From Hyphochytrium catenoides (Eukaryota; Protista; Hyphochytriomycota), in NCBI GenBank assembly GCA_900088475.1, contig FLMG01000547.1, forward strand, positions 10,530 to 74,529: DNA of 64,000 nt, given 5' to 3'. The notes under the pieces are model-generated. The model made no database searches and was not told the origin of the DNA. It saw only the letters and a program-made list of their open reading frames with translations. A program made the position numbers and the translations under genes. This document shows positions 1-11,200 of the stretch, piece by piece. Each line of letters opens with the position of its first letter. Position 1 is the stretch's first letter.

Positions 1-983
1 TCTCCCATTCTTATCTGCTGCTTAGGGCCCAAATGGGTCTCCATGTAAGCCTTTGAAGGCCGAAAATGCTGGTCTAGGATCCGTTCAAGCTCTCCATCCC
101 GAAGAGAAGGAGGGAGGAATGGTTCTAGGCGTTCAAACCAGGAAGAGTATGCACTCTGGGTTTTGGACTCCTTACCATCTACGCCCTTTCCTCCTTGTTT
201 TGGGGCTTCCTCAATTCCATTCTTAGGCGGTATGGTGTCCTGCTGTCTACGAGGATTGAAATGGTCCTTATTACTATGTCTCCATGAAAATGAAGGCAAT
301 TGTTTTGATGGATGAGGAGCCCGTCTGTCATGGCGGCTTATCGCCCAGGGATTGTCGGGGCGTTGCAGGTCGTTATTTTGGAGCATAGCTGTTGTGGCTG
401 ATCTCAAAAGATTTGCCGCCATTCCAACCCGTTGCGCTTGCACTGTAGAAACTGGTAGAAGACTATATTGGCTTACTAGCTGCCATAATAGAATCAACGT
501 GATCGCTGCAGCCATTCTGGAGGAGTAAGTGATTCAGGAGGTACTCGCCAATCTAGTCGACTGCCTTGTTGGCCTGCCCCCTTCCGCCTGAGAAAACCAA
601 TCTCCTGATAAGCGCTTCACGTTGTTGCTCTGGCCTTGTTATTGCTGTTTTGTGCTATACGCAGCCAGTGTCGAGAGTTGCCGGCTTCGGGGGAAAGGCT
701 GCTGCAGGTTGAGCTCTTTTTCCTCTGTGTGTGGTCCTTAAAATTGTATAGAAGAGGTGGAAGAGAGTAAAGTGAAGTGAAGGGAAGAAGAAAACAAGAA
801 ATGTATGACGGCGAGCAGCCTTCTCGTTTCCCATTCACATAGACACCTCGTTGAGACAGAGGGATTTCTCGGATAGATTTTGTGGACAATCCTTTCTCGC
901 TCGTAGGTTTTTTCTTTACCAAAGCACCCGTCACCCGTCACCCCATCAGGTTCACGACTGGCTCCAGAAGGCAGCGTGCTCAT
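1..983 (-). CDS. Hypothetical spliced gene fragment running off the left edge
   Basis: A minus-strand frame is open from about 400 down to base 1 (...AYSSWFERLEPFLPPSLRDGELERILDQHF...). ORFs 738..983 and 617..934 can be joined across a pyrimidine-rich intron-like stretch ending ttttaag. No recognisable domain. Confidence 0.25.
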
Positions 984-3028
984 GAATGACGCATGTTAGA
1001 CTGCCGTCGGATGGTTCCCAACAAACAGGATGAAAGCTGACGAACTCCACGCAGCCTGGATAAGTAATAACAGAGAATATGTGGAGTGGGCAGTGCGTCC
1101 TTGATTAGCATTGTACGACCTTCCTCACCACTGCTGCAGCGTCCTCATCAGCGCCAAGGATGGAGACCAAGAAGAAGGCAGGGATTAGTCAAGAGGAGGA
1201 ACCACGCATTGAGAGCGAGGCAACCCCTAACCCCAAATGGTAGAAGGTGCAACACCGTGTAGAAGGGTTCTTCAGAATAAGAACTTTTGATAAGAAAGCG
1301 CTCCCGCGACGGTTCGAATGTTCTACGATCTACGACATTTTTTGACTTCTTACCCTTCTACTCCTCTTTCGCCCATCTTATTAACTACCAATGGACGATC
1401 TTTTTGCCTCCTCTGGCCTTCGCGACCGTGCTTCTTGTTTGGTCTACGGATGGAGAATTGGCAAGTGGAGCTTGTTCCTTTCGTCTTTCTCCTTCTTGTT
1501 CTAGAGGAACTTTTTGGTATGTCTAACCGGTACAACCTGCGTCTCTTTGTCTATGACGCAAGATCACATGACGAATTCCAGTGGTTGAGGAAGTCAGGTT
1601 CTTTCCTTTCGAGGTCGTCATTCCCCATGGGTTCCTTGACCGTAATCTCAATGTTCAATTATGGCCGCCATACATTTTCCCAATGGAGCACAGCTGCCGT
1701 AACCGCATTACTCCGTATAAGCAGCCGGTGGTACTTGTGCGCAGACACTTCCCCTCACCATTAACTTCAGCTGTTGGTGTCTAAGAGAATAGCCAAAAAA
1801 GGACGAAAAAGTGAACGAACGGATAGAACTAGCACAGAGAAGCAGAAGCCGAAAGTTGAGGTACGAGGCAGTAGTTCTGTCCCTTCAACTCTCCCTAAAA
1901 GGTTCCCTTCTTATTCTTGCAGCGTCACAAGCGATCAGTAGTCCCCTCCGAGAGTAAAGCTGTAGAACATAACGATAAATAAGCAGGAGTGGAAATAACC
2001 CTGGACCCCAGCCCTTCTCCCCTCGTCTTCAACATTGTCTCGGTTGTCCTACGTGCGGCCGCAGTAGAAGAGTTTCTTCTAGCAATACTTTCAAGAAAAC
2101 ATACGAGTTCAACAATCATGATCTAGAACTACAATAGTCTGAGAATAATGAAAGGGGCAAAGCACTTCCTCTACCTTATTATCCTCGAGAGTAAAAGGTC
2201 AGACAGATTCTGGCCAGGTTGAAGGTAGTAGGTCAGCCAGTAGTTCTACGATGATAGTAGTTCGCAAATCAACAAAAAGATGATGAGTTTTTTGGATGAG
2301 GTTCGGACCGCCTGTCCTCCGTCTTCCTTGGCCCCATCCCGGGCTGCTAGTGACCCTACCGCCACGGTAGTCTCTCCTATCTTGACCAACGTCCAACAAG
2401 CGTCCAAGCTGATTGAAGAAAGTTGGTTTGCAAATGAAGCTGTGGCCGCCCTCCGGTTGTCAGACGGCACCGCTACTCTCTGCGGGGATCCTCAGAGCCA
2501 AGCACCCCGAGGATGCTGCCCTTCCTCAATTATCCTGAGGATCTTTTCTGTCTTGCCTTTCTTGCCATCGCCCTTATCATCTTCTCTCGACGACGATGCT
2601 TTCTCTTCGTCATTCTCATCGTTAATCTCTTCCTTCCCTCCTGGGTCAGGTTCTGGCGCATCTCACCCTGCGGATTCAGCACCTGACAGACCTCTGCCTC
2701 TTCACACACCCTCTACCAGTCCGAAACGCCTTATGTCTTTCTCTTTCTGCTTGTGCCGCTAGTTCGGAGTCCCTTTGGTCGAGTTATGGCCTGTGTCGTG
2801 AAATCTGTGGAACAAGTTGTCATGCTTCGTTGTGATTGTGCAGCTCTTGATGCTTCTAGTCATCATGGTCATTGGTCTCGCCTGGGGATGTCTTTACAAA
2901 GTCATTCCATCGTCTCTTTGACAATCCACGAGGAAAATGGGCTTCAGACTCTGCAGCGTATTTCCTCTTCGCTTGCCTGCTTGATTTGGTTGAATATGAC
3001 GATGACAACACCGTCAACCATCCATCTC

Positions 3029-3110
3029 TTCTCCTCCTTCTTCTCTCCCTGTTAATACGGAGGAAGTCAACTTATGATTCTTCCTTTTGTGATAATGAAC
3101 GTGAAGCGGA
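3029..3110 (+). repeat. Diverged dispersed repeat, copy A (homologous to 7229..7315)
   Basis: ctcctccttcttct...gaggaagtcaacttatgattcttccttttgtgataatgaac aligns by eye with ctcctccttcttct...gaggaaatcaactatgattcttcttttactgatgatgagc. Both copies are followed by a CT-rich tract. Confidence 0.6.
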
Positions 3111-4123
3111 TAGTGTCGATGAAGAGTCCGTGCTTTGTAGCTCTTCTTGTCTCGTTCTTTCTCTCCTTCTTCTTTTTCTTCTTTCCCTTCTTCTAATACT
3201 TCTCCTCCTTTTTTGTCTTCTCCTTTGTCTTCTCCTTTCTTTCTCTTCTTCTACTTCCGAGGAGTTTCATCTTCTTATTCTGCGCACTAAAATAGCTTAT
3301 GCACAAAAAAAAAGCGTAGACAGAGGAAATGTAAAGAAAGAAACCCAATCAGTAGCACTCCTACTGAGTGCAGATACCCATGAAGTCAGGACTACTCGGA
3401 TTGCCTCGCTCTAAGGTAGCTTGAGGAGAGCATACCACTAGTGACCCCATCCAGATCGCCCTGCAAAGAGTGAAACTTGTTCATCGCCCGCAACCGTTGA
3501 TCCGTGGCGAGGGGAGAAGCAGTCGTCCCGCGGCGAAACTCGTGAGTTTGTAGATCACTTCGTCAAGTCCCGGTGTCGCGAGGCTACTGGCCGAAACATT
3601 CCTTGCGAAGCAATTCCCGTCTCCGCACCCTCGTCTGACTCCGAATTATTAGAAGAACCGTCATTATGAGGGTCCGCGTCGTCGGCCAAGGTCGGTAGTG
3701 CCAGGCCTGTTACAAAGTGCTGCTCTAACTAATACTGCTTTCTGCGGGACAGCAAGCCGCGAGTGCTCATCATCATCCGCACAACGGTGCTGCTTCTGAG
3801 CTGCAGCAGTTGTTCGAATCCTCCCAACTTGCCTTGGTTATTTTCTTATGTCGCCCCCTTCCCTACCTTCTTCTCGGCGGGGGCAGACAACACTACTAGG
3901 AGGGTGGTCGCCATGGCGAGGACGGACGTTCAACGTGCTGGTCTCTCTCTTGGTCTTGTCCGCGACTAGGAGATACTTGAGATGCTCAAGCTGGACAGCA
4001 TGAAGCTGATCTTGAAGACTGCTCAGGATCATAACCAGAGTCGTATCCTGGCTTTCCAATTGAGCCACCTGATGCTCCACAACAATCACCGGGGCAGCAG
4101 CGCTCGTCATCACTGACTGCGTG

Positions 4124-4138
4124 TAACCCTAACCCTAA
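4124..4138. repeat. Interstitial telomere-like motif (TAACCC)2.5
   Basis: Sequence taaccctaaccctaa; looser CCCTAA-type variants occur near 1223, 4232 and 4261. Confidence 0.4.
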
Positions 4139-4609
4139 GCCTCCTTCCAGCGTTCATTGGCCATTCGAACAGCTCTCTGAGCTAGAACTTCTCTCGAACA
4201 ACGCTTTGCCTTTCGTCTTCCTAGTGCACGGTAGGGTTATGAAGTTAGTCCTCGCACTTCACCCTAAATTGTTTCTTCTTATTGGAAAAGCGCCATGATG
4301 GTCATTAAAAAGTATGCAGCTGTTAACTGTACGGAGAACGCAACGATTCAGAGAGCTCTCGTAACAGCTGATTGGTCTCCGTGTTTGTCGTCTTCCTTCC
4401 TGAGGTTGCCGAAGTTCTTTCTATAAATGCAGCATACCAGATCCCTCCAAAAGCTTCACGACGAAGCGAGAAGTTTCTGCTACGAAATTGAGTCTTTCTT
4501 TGTTCGTCTATTAGTTAGATTTTACTTTCTTATAACATTTGCTTATGACATCATAGGACACTAAGTGAGACTGATAAGACGAAAGTCGGACTGAAAAGGT
4601 CACCAGAGC

Positions 4610-5830
4610 TCAGGGACGGCCTCGGCGGACAGATTTGCTCCTCATTGCACGTGAAGCTGAAGCAGATTGCTTTGGAAGAAACTCTTCAATAAAATGGTGA
4701 CCGTCATGTTCTCCTGCCAGAACAGCCCAGTCACTCCGCCTGATGAAAGTAGTAGTGCTGGTACAGCTGTTGTCTATGATGCATAGTGGAGACCTCCCAT
4801 CGCACGTAGCGTCATTAAGGCAGTCCTCTGCCGAGCCAGTGACCGCTGAAATTTCACTCTTTGACAAGCATGTAGAATTCGCTGGCAACTTAGCATCAAG
4901 CGGACAACTCGTCGAAGTTCCAGTACACTTTTCTTCAACGTCGCAAAGCCCATATTTGGGGCGGCAGACAGTCGTTGAAGGTGCTACACGATCCACACAG
5001 ATTCCGTTGCTGCATTGATCTGGAGCATCGCACAATCTGAAGGCCGGTGCACAGTACTGTCCATCGGTCTTGGTGAAGTCTTTCGCCGGACAGGCCACTC
5101 CAGAACCGGAACACAAGCTCTCCACGTCGCAGTTCGAAGTCTTTGCGGAGCAAACAGTGGTGGGAGGAGCAACGCTATCAACAGGACAGTTTGTCGCAGA
5201 GCCCGTGCACGTCTCAGCCACATCGCAAGGACCAGCAGGATAACGGCAGACTGTTGTTGCCGGAGCATATAGGTCTTCAGGACAAGTAGGAGAAGTACCG
5301 GAGCAGGTCTCAGCCACATCGCAAGGGCCAACGGAAGGCCGACAGACTGTTCCTCTTGATGTCATAGCGTTCAGTGGACATACGGTTGAATTCCCCTGGC
5401 ACACTTCGGGAGAGTCACAGACGCCAGTGGCAGCTCGGCAGATAGTTCCAGCCGACATCATGTGGGCAGACGTAAGCGCAGGACACTTAGGACCTGTTCC
5501 CGTACAGGTCACAGGCTTCTGGCAGGTAGGACCCTGTGGGGCTTTCCTGCAGATGAGTGTATCTGGCTGGAAGACATCGCTAGGGCATGTAGGGCCAACC
5601 CCATCACAGTATTCTTCTCTGTCACAAATATCGCTAGCTGGGCGGCACATAGTGGTGGCTGGCAGGGGAGAAAAGCTCTTGGTTCCATTCTGTCCCGCTT
5701 GGTAGCCACAGCACACATGGAGAGGGTTTATGGGATCGCACTGGGTGGCCTCTGCTCTAGAAATACCATCCAAGAACAAAAAGAGGGTACCGCCGGTGAG
5801 CAGTGAGCCTAAAAAAGCTGAGGTGCGCAT
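4610..5830 (-). CDS. Secreted cysteine-rich protein with tandem disintegrin-like repeats (406 aa, intronless)
   Basis: Hydrophobic N-terminal signal-like peptide (MRTSAFLGSLLTGGTLFLFLDGISRAEA), then ~8 repeats of the consensus CRPxxGxCDvaExCxGxSxxCPxD typical of disintegrin domains. No metalloprotease or TM segment. Confidence 0.85.
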   Translation of the reverse strand: MRTSAFLGSLLTGGTLFLFLDGISRAEATQCDPINPLHVCCGYQAGQNGTKSFSPLPATTMCRPASDICDREEYCDGVGPTCPSDVFQPDTLICRKAPQGPTCQKPVTCTGTGPKCPALTSAHMMSAGTICRAATGVCDSPEVCQGNSTVCPLNAMTSRGTVCRPSVGPCDVAETCSGTSPTCPEDLYAPATTVCRYPAGPCDVAETCTGSATNCPVDSVAPPTTVCSAKTSNCDVESLCSGSGVACPAKDFTKTDGQYCAPAFRLCDAPDQCSNGICVDRVAPSTTVCRPKYGLCDVEEKCTGTSTSCPLDAKLPANSTCLSKSEISAVTGSAEDCLNDATCDGRSPLCIIDNSCTSTTTFIRRSDWAVLAGEHDGHHFIEEFLPKQSASASRAMRSKSVRRGRP

Positions 5831-7228
5831 GATTAGAGCTTGTGTATGCAGCCTTGGCAGAAGTGGGGACGGCGTGCTGCTGATGGTAGAAGCTTGAAAA
5901 TGATTCTCCAGACTTTTATAAAGTAAAATGGCTCTGGAAAGCGCTTACCTTTTGACAGAGGCTCGCGTTGGTGTTACTGTACGAGGAATCTGTCTCCACG
6001 ATACACCTACCCGAAGGGTCTCCTGTCGCCGTGACGGCTCATAGTTCGTCTTCAGTGAAGGGTCGCCAGTCCAACCGTTGCTGGTGATCGCAGTCGACGA
6101 CGATACGATTTTTAGAAGACTCCGTCCAGTAGTCTCTGAGAGAAAGAGGAGAGAGCCTTGGCATTTCTCCATGGCCAGACCGCACTTTCTCATCTGCTGG
6201 ACCCAGGCCCTACAACTTATTACAGTGCTACCTCGGAACCCGCATCACCATATAGAACTATCCTTTCCCTGTGACCAAACGAAAGAGACTGAACACTGAA
6301 CACTGAAATGCCAGGACTAATCATGTGCGTACCAGTTGCTTCTCCCTTTCGATCTTTATCTTATCTTAGTCCATCCTCGCTGTCCCTCTATTCCGAACCA
6401 GGTGAGAACGAGTTCCTGCTTGTGAGCAGGGACTGGTGGTAAAACTTCGGCGATGAGCGTGTGTTCTACTTTGGACAACCCTGCCGTTGACCAGTTCTAC
6501 ACGGAAGAAGACCCCTAAGGATAAACAGACAGCTATGGTCGGTGGATTACTTCCCCAAACATAACGGAAAGTAATCCTATCAACGCAACCAGGGTGAGTG
6601 AGGCTTTAAATCAAAACAGTTCTAGCCAAGAGTCCTGGCCCCGTTCATTGTATATTCGTGTTTCTGGTGACTCCACCACATGTTTATTCTGAGAGCATAA
6701 ACTGCTTTCTCCGTCTTCTAGTATCCAGACTTTGTAGCTCCTTCTTTATTGCACATGATGTCCTCATTTGTTCTTATTATTACAGGGAACATCGGAAAGA
6801 AAACGGTACAAGTGCTCATGAGAAATACTGGACCTAGTTCTACAGGTACGCTACTGTACCGTTAGCTATAAATAAGGTTGGGAGTCTGTTCAGGTGGCGA
6901 GCTCTCTCTGTCCTAACCTTGTCGCCTCTGCAATCTTCATCGTCTAGGCTTTCGTTCTCTGACTAAATCAAAGCCATAAAGCAATCTGGCTGTCTATTGA
7001 TCATGTCGTACGGTATTATTTATAAGGAGCTGGAGGTTGAGGGTTGCTATGCTTCTAATTCATCCTCAAGTAGATGATGAACGTTGTCTATAGCTGTTCT
7101 TGGATCTTCATATGGTACAAGTAGGATGAGCACTTGCATCCCACTTTTGTCGGAAAGCCTGCCAGAATTGCGATGAGCATGGTGGGCAGTGGAAGTGTTT
7201 CTGTTTCAGAAGTAAACTTCAAGAAAAG

Positions 7229-7315
7229 TCTTCCTCCTCCTCCTTCTTCTCCGCTCATCATTACTGAGGAAATCAACTATGATTCTTCTTTTACTGATGA
7301 TGAGCAGGGAGCAGG
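7229..7315 (+). repeat. Diverged dispersed repeat, copy B (homologous to 3029..3110)
   Basis: Encodes PPPSSPLIITEEINYDSSFTDDEQGA, versus frameshifted PPSSLPVNTEEVN/YDSSFCDNEREA in copy A. Confidence 0.6.
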
Positions 7316-8207
7316 TTCGAGCTGGGATGCTGGAAGAGCCTAAGGCTTCTTAGTTTTTCTTTTCTTCGTCTTCCTCTTCTTCTTCTTCTCTTTCTTCTTC
7401 TTCTAGAATTAGTCTGTTAGTAGCGATAGTAGTAGCAATAAACGTAAAAAAACTGAAAAGAAAAGACGTAGATCTGCCTCAAACATCTTTCTGCTGGAGC
7501 TGCCCCCTGTCCTTTCTTTCTGTGAATGGAGTTTTATAAGAATCGAATTCACCAAAGGGAAACGACACGAAAGGGATGACCATGCGCAAGCTGGTGCAGT
7601 TGTTGCCTTCGAGATTTCTTTCCGTGTTGGAGGAAGAGACAGTACAAGGAACAGAACCATCTTTCAAGCGACGCTTCAAGGTAAGAACAGTGAGCCCTAT
7701 CTCCTCTCAGTATTGTGTTATATAAAGAACTATGTTGGGAAGGCGAAGAAGACATATAAGGCAAGAAGCACAACCGCGGGACAAGATGGATGGGAGAGAC
7801 AATAACAGTCAGCCCTCAAAAGTAACGACGTGACTAACTGCTAAGGTATCTCACAGAAGAAACAGGCGTCCAGCAAACGTTGGCCACGCAACTGCCGCCG
7901 CAACCCTTCAAGGTGGATTCCTGCCAATAGAGGCTTTGTTTTGTCGCGAGACTCTTTTTTTGCTCGCGTTCGTATCAAAATCCAAGGTGTGTCAAGCTGG
8001 GCCGCCGAGTTGCCGAGCTGCCGGACCTTCCTTTTAACAACTACGCTGCACCGGCCAATAGTATGTACCCCAGGACAACTGTACGATCGTGGGAGATTTG
8101 TTCATATTAAATTCTCCCTGATAGTTCTAGCACTACAGAGCCTCCGATATCTGGTGGCGGCGAGAACAATCATACTTTGATGACCGATAAGCGTGGTGCA
8201 CAGCATC

Positions 8208-11200
8208 ATGGCTTCGACATGGTCGACTATCGCAGCTTTTTTCTTTTGCTTTGCCTTGATAATCACCCACGAAGTGGAGGCGATTAGGGCTGGCCGCCTT
8301 TCTATGATGGCCGTCAGAAGTAAGGCGACAAGACCTGCACCAACCACAGCACCTTGCACAAAGGTTCCTGTGACTACGAAAGCTCCTGTGACCACTACCG
8401 CTCCAGTCAAACCCACCCCATATTCGGCCACCACAGCTCCCGTGCCCACTACAGCTCCGGTCAAAATGACATCTTACGTGACCACCACCGCTCCAGTAAC
8501 GACCACAGCTCCGGTCACAACCACAGCTCCCGCGACCACTACAGCTCCCGTCACGACTACAACTCCTGCAACAGACACTGCTCCGGTGACGCCCACATCC
8601 ACAGCTTCCGTGATCACCACGGCTCCGATGACGACCACAGCGCCCATCGCCACTACAAATTCAGAAATACCCACAGCTCCCGAGACAACGACAGCTCCCG
8701 TGACGACCACAGCTGCCGCGACTACTACAGCTCCACAAACATCCAAGACTCCGTTGGCGGCCACAGATGCCTTAACCACCATCCCTCCACTGACGGCTAC
8801 CGAGCCAGTAACAACTACGGCTTCTGTGACCACCATAGCTCCCGTGACAACTACAAATACTGCGGTTACTGCGGGCCCGACAAGCACCGCAACCACTACC
8901 ACGGCACCTTGCTCGACAAAGGCACCCATCACCACAATAGCTCCCGTGACAACTACAGCTCCGGCGACCACCACAGCTCCAGTTACAACCACGGCCTCTC
9001 AGTCTACCACAGAATCCCTGGCGACTGCGGCTCCGCTGATCACCACAGCTCCCGTGACCACTACCAATCCAGAGGCAAACACACTTTCCCACACAACAAC
9101 GGATTATCAGTCAACCACAGATCCCCTGACGACTGCGGCCCCGGTGACGACGGCAGCTCCCGTGACCACTACCAATCCAGAGGCAAACACACCTTCCCAA
9201 ACAACAACGGATTCTCAATCTACCACGGATCCCCTGACGACGACGGCCCCAGTGACGACCGCAGCTCCCGTGACAACCACAAGTCCAGAAGTCACCACGG
9301 CTCCTCAGACAACAACGACCTCTCAGTCTATCACAGATCCCCAGACGACTGCGGCTCCGGTGACGACCGCAGCGCCCGTGACGACTACAGGCCCTGTGAC
9401 AACCAGAGCTCCTGTGATCACTGAGCCTCCCTTGACACCCATCGTGCCTTCCCCTGTCGTTACGAATCTTGTCAGAAATCCGACTTTTGATTCCACGGAC
9501 TATTGGTGGATTCATGGCTTGGGCTACAGGCTTTCTAAAGACAAGAGCGGGAACAAGTTTGCCTCGATAGCTGTTCCACCTTCAGAAGCTAAACGGGGCG
9601 ACGATTTCGGTCTTTTCACTACCATCACCCTTTCCAACGAGGAGAAGGTCGAACTAATGGGTGATCCCGCTGCCTCTACCTTCACTGTGGGTGGATACTT
9701 TCGCACTGAGCTACTACGGGTTCCACAGGCTGCTTTTGCGGGTATTCAGGTGGATGTTCTCTGGAGTAATCAAACGAGAACCTATGGCCTTACGCGAAAC
9801 ATCCCTTCTGGCACCTGCCTAAACTGGAACTATTTCTCGATCGTTGTACCTGCAGACGGGGTTGCACCCTCTACCATTTACATCTGGGTCTATCTTCGCG
9901 GCGGGGCCTCTGGGATTATTGATGTTGACAACCTCAGACTTTACAAGGGATCAGTGTCCAGCAACCCTCAAATGGCGCCACCCCGTGCTGGTCCTCGCCT
10001 GGAACGAATGTCTATCAACGTAGGTGATTCACCCCCAGTTTGTCCCGATGATGCCCTTCAGATGGAGTTTCTTAAAGGAGCAAATGTCGTTCCAGATGGA
10101 CAAGTTGTCGATGTCAAAGTCAGTCTTGGTTCTTCGGCTCCGAAGGATAGGAGAATACGAGTCCATCTGCAAACTACCAATGGCCTAATGCTCAGTGAAC
10201 GCTTGCTGACCTTTAACGGGCAAGATGACAAAGACTCATACGTTATCAAGCTTCGCTCCCTGAGTGGCCCTATCAGCAAGGACAGAGAAGGCATGATAAT
10301 GACTAATAGCTCTATTATCAAAGGAGACTGCCTTTCCTCTGCCGTCCCATACTGTACCGAGCAAGTCTCTGTCACGCGACTTCTATCGGGCACTTCCACA
10401 GGCGGCGGTGCCGGTGATCCACATCTGAAGTCTCTGGATGGCGTCAACTTTGACTTTCAGGTCCCTGGCTTTTTCCGTTTGGTAGAGTCAAAGGGCTTAC
10501 AGGTCCATGTATATCAGGAAAAGTGTGGTCCAATTCAACGCGTCGGGCTAGCGAAAGCGCCAAGTTGCTTCCAGGGTGTTGCAATTAAGTACGGCCCCTC
10601 TGTCGTGCGCCTCATGCTAAACGCCACGGGTCACCTGCTTCTCTCTACTGGGAGTACTCAAAGTGAAGCTCTGTCGGTGGAGAAGGTGAATGGCGCCGCT
10701 CAGGCTTATCGAGTTTTCGTGCAGAGCGACCAGTCAACCTATATTGACGTGAGCACCGGCGCCTGGCTCGTCCACAAGTATCAGTTAATCAATGTGGCCG
10801 TTCAGCTCTCTCCCCATTTCAGAGATTCTAGCCTCACTGGGTTACTGGGAAATTGGAATGGCAACCCTCACGACGACATCAGGAATTCTACCATCCTCGC
10901 TTCTCTGCACACTGTGCAAGATAGTCTATTCACGTGTATTGATGGGTGCACGGATGTGATCAGCACGGATCAACTCTCTGAAGATGAGGAGAGCTTCTTC
11001 TTCGCGGAAGACGTGCCCCTTCTGCATAAAGGTTACACGAAGGTGACAGGCCTGCCTATGATGCCGCTTTTCCCTGTAGAAAGGAACTATGGGGCCACAC
11101 CTGCTCCTCGCTCTCTCCGTGGCCTAGCAGCAGAAAGTAATGGGGAGGGGCAAACTCCCACCAAGGTAGACTGGGAAGCCGCCCGTGAAGTCTGCACCCT

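Noticed and set aside
6544-6577. Hairpin ggattacttcc...ggaaagtaatcc as a terminator or ncRNA
   Set aside because: A single short stem with no U-tract or RNA family features; expected by chance.
8354-9515. Long overlapping ORFs (356-aa His/Ser-rich frame and antisense Val/Gly-rich frames)
   Set aside because: By-products of the stop-free 18-bp mucin repeat; no independent start context or domain.
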